Assembly: GCA_963751955.1 (NCBI GenBank)
Contig: CAVVWM010000016.1
Coordinates: 41,118 to 105,117, forward strand
Source: an uncultured Acidimicrobiales bacterium
GTDB lineage: Bacteria > Actinomycetota > Acidimicrobiia > Acidimicrobiales > SZUA-35
Direction of reading: 5' to 3'
Length of the DNA: 64,000 bases
Shown here: in pieces, positions 9,266-18,502 of the stretch
How positions within the stretch are numbered: the stretch's first letter is position 1
Layout of the letters: the number at the start of each line of letters is the position of its first letter
The notes under the pieces: generated by a model
Told to the model about the DNA's origin: nothing
Databases searched by the model: none
What the model saw: the letters and a program-made list of their open reading frames with translations, nothing else
Translations under genes and position numbers: made by a program

Positions 9266-10396
9266 CTACCCCGCAAGCGACCGGAGCGAACCCAAAATTG
9301 GCGGGAGGGCATCGAGTACCGCATCGATGTCGTCGGTGGTTGAGGCGGCGTGGACGCTGAACCGCAGGGAACGGTGGGCGTCCACGCCCATGGCCGCCAA
9401 TACCGGAGAAGGTTCCAGATCTTCTGACGCACATGCTGAACCGCTATGAGCGGCAATCCCTCTGCGGTCCAGCCCGAGCAGCACCGCTTGCGGTTCGATC
9501 CCGGCGATACCGCAACACACCAGGTGGGGGAGTCGGTCGGTGCGGTTTCGAGGGCCAAAAATCTCTAGGCCCTCCACGGCAGCCAGACCGTGGCGCAATC
9601 GGTCCGTAAGAGTAAGGGCTGCTGCGGCTTCGTGGGAGAGCGTCGCCTCCAGTTCCTCACATGCGGCTGCCAAGCCGAGAATCGCGGGCGTATTCTCAAG
9701 CCCGGCTCGTCGTCCACGCTCCTGAGCGCCTCCGACGAGCAGCGGCGGTATCCGTTTGCCACGCCGAATCACGAGTGCGCCCGAACCTGGAGGGCCGCCC
9801 ACCTTGGGGCCCGAAATCGCCATGAAATCGGCATCCATCTCCAGGAAGTTGATTGGCATCCAGGGTGCGGCCTGGGCTGCATCCACGAGCAGCATCACGC
9901 CGTGAGACCTGCAGAGGGAGGCGATCTTGTCGACCGGTTGTACAGCCCCCATCTCGTGGTTGCCGAGCTGGCAGGCAGCCAATGCGATCAACGGTTCGCG
10001 TTCGAGCAGCAATTCGAAAGCTTCTGGATCGACGAGACCTTCGGGCGAGACCGGGACCGCCCGGAAGTCGTCCCCCGCGGCGTCCCGAACCGCGGAGTGC
10101 TCGATCGCAGTGCCGATCACCACCGTTCCCGGGCCACCTTTGGCGAGCGCTCCTCGCACCGTCATTACGATCGCCTCGGTCGCCGAGGATGTGAACACGA
10201 CCTCCGACGTTCGACTGTGTACAAAGCTGGCGACAATCTCGCGACCGTGTTCCAGATGGGCTCGAACCTCGAGGGCTTCTTCGTGCAGTCTGCTCGGGTC
10301 GGCGTTCGGAAGATCGAGCGATCGTCGGATTGCCTCACGAGCGACCGGGCGCAACGGCGCCGCCGATGCCGAGTCCAGATAGTGCCGAGCGGTCAC
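9266..10396 (-). CDS. Cysteine desulfurase (IscS/NifS, group I)
   Basis: YLDSAS, FTSSATEA, IEHSAV, DAAQ, SGPK, HSGSAC; GTG 10396 overlaps the upstream stop. Confidence 0.88.
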   Translation of the reverse strand: MTARHYLDSASAAPLRPVAREAIRRSLDLPNADPSRLHEEALEVRAHLEHGREIVASFVHSRTSEVVFTSSATEAIVMTVRGALAKGGPGTVVIGTAIEHSAVRDAAGDDFRAVPVSPEGLVDPEAFELLLEREPLIALAACQLGNHEMGAVQPVDKIASLCRSHGVMLLVDAAQAAPWMPINFLEMDADFMAISGPKVGGPPGSGALVIRRGKRIPPLLVGGAQERGRRAGLENTPAILGLAAACEELEATLSHEAAAALTLTDRLRHGLAAVEGLEIFGPRNRTDRLPHLVCCGIAGIEPQAVLLGLDRRGIAAHSGSACASEDLEPSPVLAAMGVDAHRSLRFSVHAASTTDDIDAVLDALPPILGSLRSLAG

Positions 10397-11142
10397 CGCA
10401 ACGCTGCTGAATCGACCACGTCGGTGACACAGGAGTCGTCGCCCTGGGCTACCGAGGAGGCGAGAGCAACCTGGGTCTCGCCGTACAGCGAGCCGAGCAG
10501 ACCTTTCACCATTCCCCGATCGACTGCACAAATCACCGGGTGCTCAATTGCGACGTCGCCGAACGGGCAGTGGCCCGCGACGATGTGGAGCTGAGGGTCC
10601 TCAGTGGCGGTGCCGGACTGGCGTTCGGCTCGAGCGGCAAAACCATGGGAAGACAATGCATCGGCGACGATGTGCAACGCAGACCGAAACGAACGGTGCG
10701 ATTCGGTTTCTTGTAGACCCACCTCACCTGCCATCTTGCGACCGAACTCGATACCGACCTCCTCGGCCATCTCAGCCGCTTCGGCCGGGTCCAGGCGAGA
10801 AAGGGCCTTTCCAAGCAGCGTGATCAGAATGTCGTCGTGCCCTACCTCGAATTCCAGCTGGAGGCTGGGCTCGGCTGCGGTGAACACTTTCGCCGGCCTG
10901 CCGGCTCCGGAGCTGACCCGCTTGGAGACATCCAGGTAGCCGCCGCTGGACAGCTTGTCGAGGTGATGGCGGGCTACGTTGGCATGGACACCGGCATGGC
11001 CGGCGACCTCACTGGCCGTGAGGCCTTCGGGGTGTTCGTGCAGCAACAAGTAGATGTCACGGCGGGTGGGATCGCCGAACGCCGAGGTGACCGCATTCAC
11101 CAGATTGGCGAACTCTGCCGGTTTCAGCGCCCGTTGTGCCAT
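10393..11142 (-). CDS. ArsR/SufR-like HTH transcriptional regulator with Cys-containing C-terminal domain
   Basis: DPTRRDIY..ARHHLDKL..GRPAK winged HTH; HCPF..IC..SC triad. Confidence 0.8.
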   Translation of the reverse strand: MAQRALKPAEFANLVNAVTSAFGDPTRRDIYLLLHEHPEGLTASEVAGHAGVHANVARHHLDKLSSGGYLDVSKRVSSGAGRPAKVFTAAEPSLQLEFEVGHDDILITLLGKALSRLDPAEAAEMAEEVGIEFGRKMAGEVGLQETESHRSFRSALHIVADALSSHGFAARAERQSGTATEDPQLHIVAGHCPFGDVAIEHPVICAVDRGMVKGLLGSLYGETQVALASSVAQGDDSCVTDVVDSAALR

Positions 11143-11211
11143 CTGTTCACTCTAGTTGGGTGGTCGGAAAGACCTGCCGGCGCTCCAACCGCTCTCCCAG
11201 GGCCTAGCCGT

Positions 11212-11577
11212 TCAGCTCGTCTCGTCCCGGTCTCGAGCTTTGAGATTGGCCTCAACCAGGTGTTTCGCTACCTCGCTCACGAGGGCAACGAGAATCCCTA
11301 TCCCGATTAGGAGATACACCGAGGTGAATACCCGGCCAGCGGCAGTCTGGGGAGAGATGTCGCCATACCCCACCGTGGTCAGGGTCACGATCGTGAAGTA
11401 GAAGCTGTCGATCCACGACAGGTCTTCGACTTGCCGATAGAAGAAAGCTCCGCCGGCGATGAGCCCCAGCGCAATTGTGAGGAGGGCACGGGCATGCGCG
11501 TCCTGCGCCAGGCTGGTGAGCCCTCGGACGAGGCTGCGGCCGATGGCGAGAAGGCCGATCACTGCTCGCCTTCCCAC
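11212..11577 (-). CDS. Two-TM potassium channel pore protein (Ion_trans_2)
   Basis: [17 protein letters not shown] selectivity filter. Confidence 0.9.
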   Translation of the reverse strand: MGRRAVIGLLAIGRSLVRGLTSLAQDAHARALLTIALGLIAGGAFFYRQVEDLSWIDSFYFTIVTLTTVGYGDISPQTAAGRVFTSVYLLIGIGILVALVSEVAKHLVEANLKARDRDETS

Positions 11578-11683
11578 CGATACCCGCGCCCGGGACCGCG
11601 GATAATGATTGTTCGACGGCGAGGGCTCACTTCGATTCCTTATGACTAGCAGGAGGTCTGTGCCTCTTAGGTAGTCTTAACAC

Positions 11684-12826
11684 GTGTCCGCCGTAACGAT
11701 CGAAACCGTCACCGAACTCCTCCGCCCCGTGGAGGATCCCGAGTTACACCGCAGCATCGTCGACCTGGGCATGGTGCGCAGGATCGACATTGCGCTGCCC
11801 GCTGTCACCGTTGCTGTCGACCTCACGATCGCCGGTTGTCCGTTGCGGAACGAGATCGACCGCCGGGTTACCGAAGCTGTCACTGCACTGGAGGAGGTCA
11901 GCACCGTCCACATCGAGTTCGGGGTGATGACCGACCAACAGCGAGAGGAGCTTCGAAAGAGCCTTCATGGTGACCCCGGTGCAACCGCCGGTTCGCAGCA
12001 GGCCCACGGACACGCAGAGGGTCGTGTTATCCCCTTCGCCGACCCGGGCAGCAAGACCCGGGTTCTCCTGATCGCCTCAGGCAAAGGCGGTGTCGGCAAG
12101 AGTTCTATCACCACGAACCTCGCTGTTGCCCTCGCAGCTCGAGGAAAGAGCGTCGCTGTTGTAGACGCTGATGTGTGGGGGTTCTCGATTCCCCGCATGC
12201 TCGGCATTGATCACGATCCCACGATCATCGACGAGATGATCGTTCCCCCTCAGAACTATGGCGTTCGTTGCATCTCGATGGGCTTCTTCGTCGAGGAGGA
12301 CCAGCCGGTCATATGGCGAGGCCCGATGCTCCACAAGGCGCTCGAGCAGTTTCTGACCGATGTGTTCTGGGACGAGCCGGACTATCTGCTGGTGGATTTG
12401 CCTCCGGGAACAGGCGACATCTCGCTGTCGATCGCCCAGTTCATGCCACGGGGGGAGATGTACGTGGTCACCACGCCACAGGCGACCGCCGAAAAGGTGG
12501 CGCAACGGGCTGCCTACATGGCCCGCAAAGTTAATCTCACGGTTAGCGGCGTGATCGAGAACATGAGTTGGTTCACCGGCGACGACGGGCAACGGTATGA
12601 GATCTTCGGATCCGGCGGCGGGGACAAGCTTGCTCAGGCACTCGACGTGCCGTTGGTGGCGAAGGTGCCCCTGGTCCCGGCGTTGCGTGCCGGAGCCGAC
12701 AGTGGCCATCCCATCGCTACTGACTCCACTTCGGAGGTGGGCGCCATCTTCGCCCAAATGGCCGAAATGATTGATGTGACGCTTGCTCCCAAGCGACGCT
12801 ACCGAAGCGAACTCCGGGTTAGTTGA
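11684..12826 (+). CDS. mrp: Mrp/NBP35 (ApbC) Fe-S carrier ATPase with N-terminal DUF59-like domain
   Basis: DPELHRSIVDLGMV..GCP, SGKGGVGKS, WRGPMLHK, DLPPGTGD. Confidence 0.92.
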   Translation: MSAVTIETVTELLRPVEDPELHRSIVDLGMVRRIDIALPAVTVAVDLTIAGCPLRNEIDRRVTEAVTALEEVSTVHIEFGVMTDQQREELRKSLHGDPGATAGSQQAHGHAEGRVIPFADPGSKTRVLLIASGKGGVGKSSITTNLAVALAARGKSVAVVDADVWGFSIPRMLGIDHDPTIIDEMIVPPQNYGVRCISMGFFVEEDQPVIWRGPMLHKALEQFLTDVFWDEPDYLLVDLPPGTGDISLSIAQFMPRGEMYVVTTPQATAEKVAQRAAYMARKVNLTVSGVIENMSWFTGDDGQRYEIFGSGGGDKLAQALDVPLVAKVPLVPALRAGADSGHPIATDSTSEVGAIFAQMAEMIDVTLAPKRRYRSELRVS

Positions 12827-12873
12827 CCCACGGTTGGCTGGGGGACCAAACCCAGCAAGTACCCTGAAGCGCA

Positions 12874-13104
12874 ATGGACGTTCGAATTGGTATCAGCGAG
12901 AGTAGTCAGGTGATCGAGGTCGAGATCGACGACGACACCAACCGGGACGAGTTGAAGAGCGCCGTAGCCGACGCCATCAGCAAAGGCTCGATGTTCTGGT
13001 TTGCTGACAAGAAGGGCAAAGAGACCGGCGTCCCCGGCTCAAAGATCGCCTTCGTCGACATCGGCACGAGCGACGCTGATCGGCGGATCGGGTTCGGGGC
13101 GTAA
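12874..13104 (+). CDS. DUF3107 family protein
   Basis: MDVRIGI...KIAFVDIG...RRIGFG. Confidence 0.88.
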   Translation: MDVRIGISESSQVIEVEIDDDTNRDELKSAVADAISKGSMFWFADKKGKETGVPGSKIAFVDIGTSDADRRIGFGA

Positions 13105-13107
13105 GTC

Positions 13108-13980
13108 CTGTTCGAATCTCCCCTTCCAGACCAGGAACTGGTCGTCGTCGCCGGCAAAGGGGGAGTCGGCAGATCAACGGTGGCCACCGGGCTCGCTTTG
13201 GCATGTGCGAGCGCCGGGGAGCGAGTGCTGCTGATCGATGCGATCAAACATGGCGGAACACGAATCGCTCTCGCTGGCAGGAGCCTCCGCAACGGCGGCG
13301 ACCTCCTAGAACTGGATACCGCCACTTCGCTCGATGAGTACCTTCGGATCTATTTGAAGTTTCCGATCCCCGCATCGCGTTTGGGTCCGATCGCTCGGAT
13401 CTTCGAATATGTTGCAACCGCAGCTCCCGGGGTCACCGAAATCCTCATCGTCGGAAAAGTTGGGCACGAGGTCAGGGAAGGGACGTGGGACCGCGTGATC
13501 ATCGATGCACCTGCCACCGGCCACGTGGTCGAACTCCTCGCCGCCCCCGAAAACCTGGGCACGCTGATCAACGTTGGCCCATTGGCCGATCAAACCGGCT
13601 GGCTGTCCGACATCTTAGGGAGTCACGAGCGCACCGGCGTTTGGATTGTGACAACGCCCGAGGAGCTTCCGGTCAGTGAATCTTTTGAATTGATCGATCG
13701 GATCCGGTCTGAGACCAGGGTCGGCCTGGCCGGCGCGGTGATAAATCGCATGCCTCGGCTGCTCTCTGAGGCGGGACTCGAAGAAGCTGATCGGTTGTCT
13801 GAGGGGGCTGGTGGCCTCGCCATAGCCGCCTCGATTGCCGCCCTTTCGACTCGAACGGCGTTGCGGGAGTCAACCCGTTTCGCCGATGTTTGGTCGACGA
13901 CGGGTTTGCCTTGGTTCTCAATCCCGGTCGCCGATGATCCCGTGGAAGCGGCTCGCCGGATGTGGAGTGGGCTCTCATGA
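13108..13980 (+). CDS. ArsA/GET3-family ATPase (first of pair, Rv3679-like)
   Basis: Frame is open upstream of the track start and gives VVVAGKGGVGRST; ATAAPGVTEIL, DAPATGH, PEELPVSE. Start uncertain (CTG 13108?). Confidence 0.8.
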   Translation: MFESPLPDQELVVVAGKGGVGRSTVATGLALACASAGERVLLIDAIKHGGTRIALAGRSLRNGGDLLELDTATSLDEYLRIYLKFPIPASRLGPIARIFEYVATAAPGVTEILIVGKVGHEVREGTWDRVIIDAPATGHVVELLAAPENLGTLINVGPLADQTGWLSDILGSHERTGVWIVTTPEELPVSESFELIDRIRSETRVGLAGAVINRMPRLLSEAGLEEADRLSEGAGGLAIAASIAALSTRTALRESTRFADVWSTTGLPWFSIPVADDPVEAARRMWSGLS

Positions 13981-14999
13981 CAAGCCCGGTCGATGAACTG
14001 CTCGCCACCGCAGAGGTCATCTTGATCGTCGGACCAGGCGGCGTCGGTAAGACCACAACCGCTGCCGCATTGGGGGCCCGAGCGGCGATCCACCACGATC
14101 GACGCGTGCAGGTGATCACGATCGACCCCGCCCGCCGACTTGCTGAAGCGCTAGGTGTCGACGAGTTGATCGAAGAAGAGATCCTGGTGCCTACGCCTTC
14201 GGGCAGATTCTGGGCGTCGATGGTGAACATGAGCCGAAGTTGGGATCGTCTTGTTGAGCGGCATTCGCCTTCAGCAGAGGTCAGAGACGATTTGCTTGGC
14301 AATCAGCTGTATCGATCGCTCACAACTCGATTCGTGCAAAGCCATGACTACATCGCGCTCGATCATCTCGTCGATCAGGCTGAGGACGATCGCTTCGACC
14401 TCATCATCATCGACACCCCTCCTTCTGTTCATGCGTTGGACGTACTGGACGCCCCGGACAAGATGCTCGATTTCTTCGGTTCCCGTCTGCTCACCTGGCT
14501 CACGGCCACCTACCGCTCCCGGATCTCCCAGCTCGCCGCAGCGCCGTTTCTGTCGATTGCGGAACGCCTGCTCGGTGGCCCCTTCCTCCGTGACATCGCC
14601 GACTTCTTCTGGTTGTTCAGCAAACTCCAACCAAGCTTCGTGGAGCGCACACGGGTCGTGAAGGAACGGTTGGCTGCACCGTCAACCAAGTACGTCATCG
14701 TGCAGACCCCCGAGGCGGGGCCGGCGGCTCAGGCGGTTGAATTGGCTCACGAGCTGAGCGTGCGGATGCACACGCCGTCTCTTTCGGTGATAAACCGAGC
14801 GACACCATTGTCGGTGGGGGCGATCACGACACAGGAACTCGATCTCATCGCGTCACCTGACCTCCGGCAGGCTGTTGAACTGCTCAAACAACGGGCCAAC
14901 ACCACCAGTGGGGGCGTGGCAAGCGTTCCGACGGTGCTCGTTTCGGAGACACCGATGGCGTTGGATTCGATCGCCGAGCTGGCTGAGCTTCTGTCGTAG
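13977..14999 (+). CDS. ArsA/GET3-family ATPase (second of pair, Rv3680-like)
   Basis: GPGGVGKTT, TIDPARRLAEALG, DTPPS; ATGA overlap with the previous gene. Confidence 0.88.
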   Translation: MTSPVDELLATAEVILIVGPGGVGKTTTAAALGARAAIHHDRRVQVITIDPARRLAEALGVDELIEEEILVPTPSGRFWASMVNMSRSWDRLVERHSPSAEVRDDLLGNQLYRSLTTRFVQSHDYIALDHLVDQAEDDRFDLIIIDTPPSVHALDVLDAPDKMLDFFGSRLLTWLTATYRSRISQLAAAPFLSIAERLLGGPFLRDIADFFWLFSKLQPSFVERTRVVKERLAAPSTKYVIVQTPEAGPAAQAVELAHELSVRMHTPSLSVINRATPLSVGAITTQELDLIASPDLRQAVELLKQRANTTSGGVASVPTVLVSETPMALDSIAELAELLS

Positions 15000-15149
15000 C
15001 GAAGTTTCGGACCTCCTAGGGCCGGGGGACCACCCCCGAATAGGTCCTACGAACTATCGCAGGAGCACAACAGCCGCTGTTCGAGATGTGTGACCTCTGT
15101 TCTACTGGAGAGGTAGTTCCTGTGTGTTGTTGTTGTTGTTTGGAGTGTT

Positions 15150-15344
15150 ATGAAAACCAAGATCATGTCGTCGGAGTTGTTGAAGAAGCAGCGCACGATG
15201 CACCCGTGTCCTGCGTGCCAAGCGAACGGAGTTGTCGATTTCGTCGACCTCGTGCGGGGCAGGGCGCAACTGCACTGTCCCCGGTGCCCAACCTCGTGGG
15301 CCGAGCAAACCGAAGCGACCATGAAGTTTCTGGAGCGCGACTAG
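15150..15344 (+). CDS. Small zinc-ribbon-like protein
   Basis: CPAC-x19-CPRC; GGAG RBS; shares CTAG with the convergent pdtaS stop. Confidence 0.6.
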   Translation: MKTKIMSSELLKKQRTMHPCPACQANGVVDFVDLVRGRAQLHCPRCPTSWAEQTEATMKFLERD

Positions 15345-16789
15345 ACCTCAACCGTGAGCGTCGCAACCGCTCCTTGACCGTTGCGGTTGCTCTCGAGTGT
15401 GAACGTCCCACCCAGGTCTGCTGTCGCCAGGGTTCGAATGATGGTTAGGCCAAGTCCTGGATCTACGTCGATGTCAAAATCGTCTGCAAGGCCGATCCCG
15501 TTGTCGATCACCCGAACCGTGAGCTGAGTCTTCGTGGTCCTCATCTCGATCTTGACCCTTGGCTCGCCGACTGCCGCGTTGTCGCCGTGAGGGAATCCAT
15601 GTTCCACGGCATTCTGTATTAGCTCTGTAAGGACCACAGCAAGGCTCGAGGCCGTTTCCGCAGGCACCACTGGCCCGTCGCCGTCCATCGTGATCGTCAC
15701 GGGCCGGTCGGGATCCATCAAGGCGCCTCGCACCATCTGGACGACGGGGTGCACCACATCGTCCAAGGCAACGTCGTCGCCACCGTCGCGACTGAGCACC
15801 TCGTGAACCAGTGCGATCGACCGAATCCGACGTGAAGCTTCATCGAGAGCGGTCTTGGCCGCCGATTCGCTGACTCGGCGCCCCTGAAGCCGCAGAAGCG
15901 AGGAGACGGTCTGGAGATTGTTCTTGACTCGATGATGGATCTCGCGGATCGTGGCGTCCATCGATACCAGCAGTCGCTCCTGACGCCTGATGTCGGAGAT
16001 GTCCCGCAACAGCACCAGCGCACCCGCCTCCCGCCCCTGCGCGAGTAACGGAAGGAGGCGCATCTGAATCGCGACGTTCTCGCCGCGCTCCAGATCGTGA
16101 ATCAGCGGAGCTCGCAGTCCGAAAGCGGTTCGGAGCACATCGCGCGGTAGACCGATGTCGGTGACATCCCGGCCGACAGCATTGGCGTGGAACCCGGTCC
16201 TGTGGAGCGCCGATACGGCGTTGGGTGAGGTGTATTCCACCCTCCCCTGAGCATCGAGGACGATCACCCCGTCACCGACTCGAGGTGAGGATTCAGCGGT
16301 GGGGTCATCGAAGGGGTAGGGGAAGGAGCCGTCGGCAACCATTGTGAAAAGCCGATCGACGACCTTGAGATAGGACCGTTCGAGTTCGCCGGGCTCTCGA
16401 CCGACGGCTCTCGCCCTCTCGTTGACGAGCACGGCAATGACCAGACCGTTGTGCCGAATTGGAACTGCGCGCACCATGACCGGGTCTTCGACTTCTGCGC
16501 GATGCACGCTGCCCGAGACTGGCTGTCCTGTCGACAACGCCTCCTCCACCAGGGGCCGATCGCGGGAGAAAAGCCCGATGTGATCAGTCCGATAGAGCGT
16601 CTGGGTAGTGGTCGGTCGGACCTGACCGACCACGAGTAGCCGTTGGTCCTTCGCCGGAACGAAGAGCAGCAAATCGCCGAAAGAGAGATCTGAGATGGGG
16701 CCCCACCCCGCGACGAGCCGCTTGAGATGCTGTTGGCCCGGTTCGCTTGCCGTCGTGTGATGCCTAAGCAGATCCCCAAGCGTTGACAT
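15341..16789 (-). CDS. pdtaS: Cytoplasmic sensor histidine kinase, PdtaS-like (H_kinase_N + PAS + HisKA_2 + HATPase)
   Basis: SDLSFGDLLL, QVRPTT, PRVGDG, EIHHRVKNNLQTV, NAVEHG, DNGIG, GLGL. Confidence 0.88.
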   Translation of the reverse strand: MSTLGDLLRHHTTASEPGQQHLKRLVAGWGPISDLSFGDLLLFVPAKDQRLLVVGQVRPTTTQTLYRTDHIGLFSRDRPLVEEALSTGQPVSGSVHRAEVEDPVMVRAVPIRHNGLVIAVLVNERARAVGREPGELERSYLKVVDRLFTMVADGSFPYPFDDPTAESSPRVGDGVIVLDAQGRVEYTSPNAVSALHRTGFHANAVGRDVTDIGLPRDVLRTAFGLRAPLIHDLERGENVAIQMRLLPLLAQGREAGALVLLRDISDIRRQERLLVSMDATIREIHHRVKNNLQTVSSLLRLQGRRVSESAAKTALDEASRRIRSIALVHEVLSRDGGDDVALDDVVHPVVQMVRGALMDPDRPVTITMDGDGPVVPAETASSLAVVLTELIQNAVEHGFPHGDNAAVGEPRVKIEMRTTKTQLTVRVIDNGIGLADDFDIDVDPGLGLTIIRTLATADLGGTFTLESNRNGQGAVATLTVEV

Positions 16790-17375
16790 TATTCTGATTC
16801 CGCTCGTGCCGTTCGTCGGCGCTGGGGCGCCTCTTTACCAACCGTGTTTGGGCGCAGGGCGCCAAAACACCCGTTACGAAGCTGCCCGATGGGCTCACGG
16901 CTCGTGCTCTGGTCGCTCCAAGCTCGCTGTCGCTCGGTCAGCGGCTTGAAACCCCGAGTGCTGCTCCGTCCCTCCGCAGCCTCACGTGTCCAGTTCATCG
17001 TGTCCCTAGCCTAGAGGCCAGGCCCGCCGGCGAACTACGAGTTGATCGATGGGGATCGATTCGGTCGGTCTCGAATCAAGAACCACCCAAAAACTTCTAG
17101 GTGAATATGAAGTTCTGCGAAAGTGATGTCTTGATTCTTGAGGGATTACTGAAGCTGCGACAGATCACCACCGAAAGTGTTTGGTTGACCGCTTACCCCT
17201 TGAAATTGGGCGGTGTAGATGGAACACCCTGGCGAGCGGCGGTGAAGATTCCCGTTCGTGGCGAGCGAGATTCTACGCCGTGAGCAAAAACTCCCTTGAG
17301 AATGGGGTGAACGGACCAGTAGGGTTCGGGTACCAGAGAACGCAATCCCGTACCGTCCGCACTGGAGTATCGCCC

Positions 17376-17888
17376 ATGAAAGCAGATCAGCCCGCAGAGT
17401 CGCACGACCAAATGGCAGATCTGCCGTTGCGGATGCCGTTGATGTTCGAGCGGATCGCCGCCAAAGTTGGGCAGCGGCCCCGCACCGATCGTTCGGGTCA
17501 GGATCTTGATGTTACGTGGCGTCGCAACGCTGCTTGCCGCGACACGGATCCGAGCTTGTTCTTCCCTATAGGAGTCACCGGTTCGGCACTTGTGCAGATC
17601 GGAGACGCCCGAGAGGTGTGCATGAGCTGCTCCTGTCAGGAGGCCTGTCTCGAGTTCGCATTGCGCAGCAATCAGGACACTGGCATTTGGGGTGGGGCGT
17701 CTGAAGAGGAACGTCGCCACCTGCGCCGTACGTACATCAACAAACGCGGTCGCCTAGCAGCCAACTGGCTTTTCGTTTCGGGCCGGTTCACTCCCCGTAG
17801 AGGACGTCGAGTGCCGTCGAGATCTCGTCGGTCACGATTCCGTCCACTCGAAGCCTGTGAAGCTCCAGGATTCTCTCCGGGTCGTTGA
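17376..17888 (+). CDS. WhiB family Fe-S transcription factor (WhiB1-like)
   Basis: WRRNAACRDTDPSLFFPIG..CMSCSCQEAC..GIWGGASEEERR; next to pdtaS; start and C-terminal extension uncertain. Confidence 0.85.
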   Translation: MKADQPAESHDQMADLPLRMPLMFERIAAKVGQRPRTDRSGQDLDVTWRRNAACRDTDPSLFFPIGVTGSALVQIGDAREVCMSCSCQEACLEFALRSNQDTGIWGGASEEERRHLRRTYINKRGRLAANWLFVSGRFTPRRGRRVPSRSRRSRFRPLEACEAPGFSPGR

Positions 17889-18489
17889 CAGTCCACGCGA
17901 ACACGTCGAGGCCAGTCTCCCGGCACATTTTCATGAGCGTCCTGTCGACCAGCATTTCCGACGGGTGCAATGCATCGACAATTCCCGCAGCCCGATCCAC
18001 CATTTGTATGGGGTTGGCTTGACCCCATACAACCCAGCCGATCGGGATCGAGGGGTCGTGGTCACGGATTCGCTGGATCGAATCGAAGTCGAAGCTGCTG
18101 ACCAGTACCCGTTCGGCGGCGTCGAAGGCCCGTACGAGGGCGGCAACGGCGAGTGAAATCCCGAAGGTTTGGTCATAGTCAGGATCGCCGGGAAGGTTCT
18201 TGACCTCGATATTCAACCACGTATCGGTGCAGACTTCGAGTGCATCGGCCAAGGTCGGAAGCCAGTCAGGTAGCTCGTCGCTATGGGTTTTCCGAACCAT
18301 GCGACCGTCGTCGAGGTGCACGTCGTGGTGGACGACGAGTACATCATCGGCGGTGCGCCGAACATCGAAATCGATTCCAGCGACGCCGAGCTCGACTGCC
18401 CGCTCAAAGGCTTCGAGAGTGTTCTCCCGGATACGTGATCCATCGCGTCGCGTGGTTGCGCCCCGGTGGGCGATCACGCGTGCGGCCAT
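17788..18489 (-). CDS. Glycerophosphodiester phosphodiesterase
   Basis: IAHRGA, ENTLEAF, DVRRTADD..HHD, NIEVK, WTVND, DGIVTD. Confidence 0.9.
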   Translation of the reverse strand: MAARVIAHRGATTRRDGSRIRENTLEAFERAVELGVAGIDFDVRRTADDVLVVHHDVHLDDGRMVRKTHSDELPDWLPTLADALEVCTDTWLNIEVKNLPGDPDYDQTFGISLAVAALVRAFDAAERVLVSSFDFDSIQRIRDHDPSIPIGWVVWGQANPIQMVDRAAGIVDALHPSEMLVDRTLMKMCRETGLDVFAWTVNDPERILELHRLRVDGIVTDEISTALDVLYGE

Positions 18490-18502
18490 TCAGGCGATTC
18501 TA

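Noticed and set aside
16795..16825. Fourth copy of the stop-anchored repeat (TGATTCCGCTCGTGCCGTTC)
   Set aside because: Similarity is short and gapped, and it does not follow a real stop codon.
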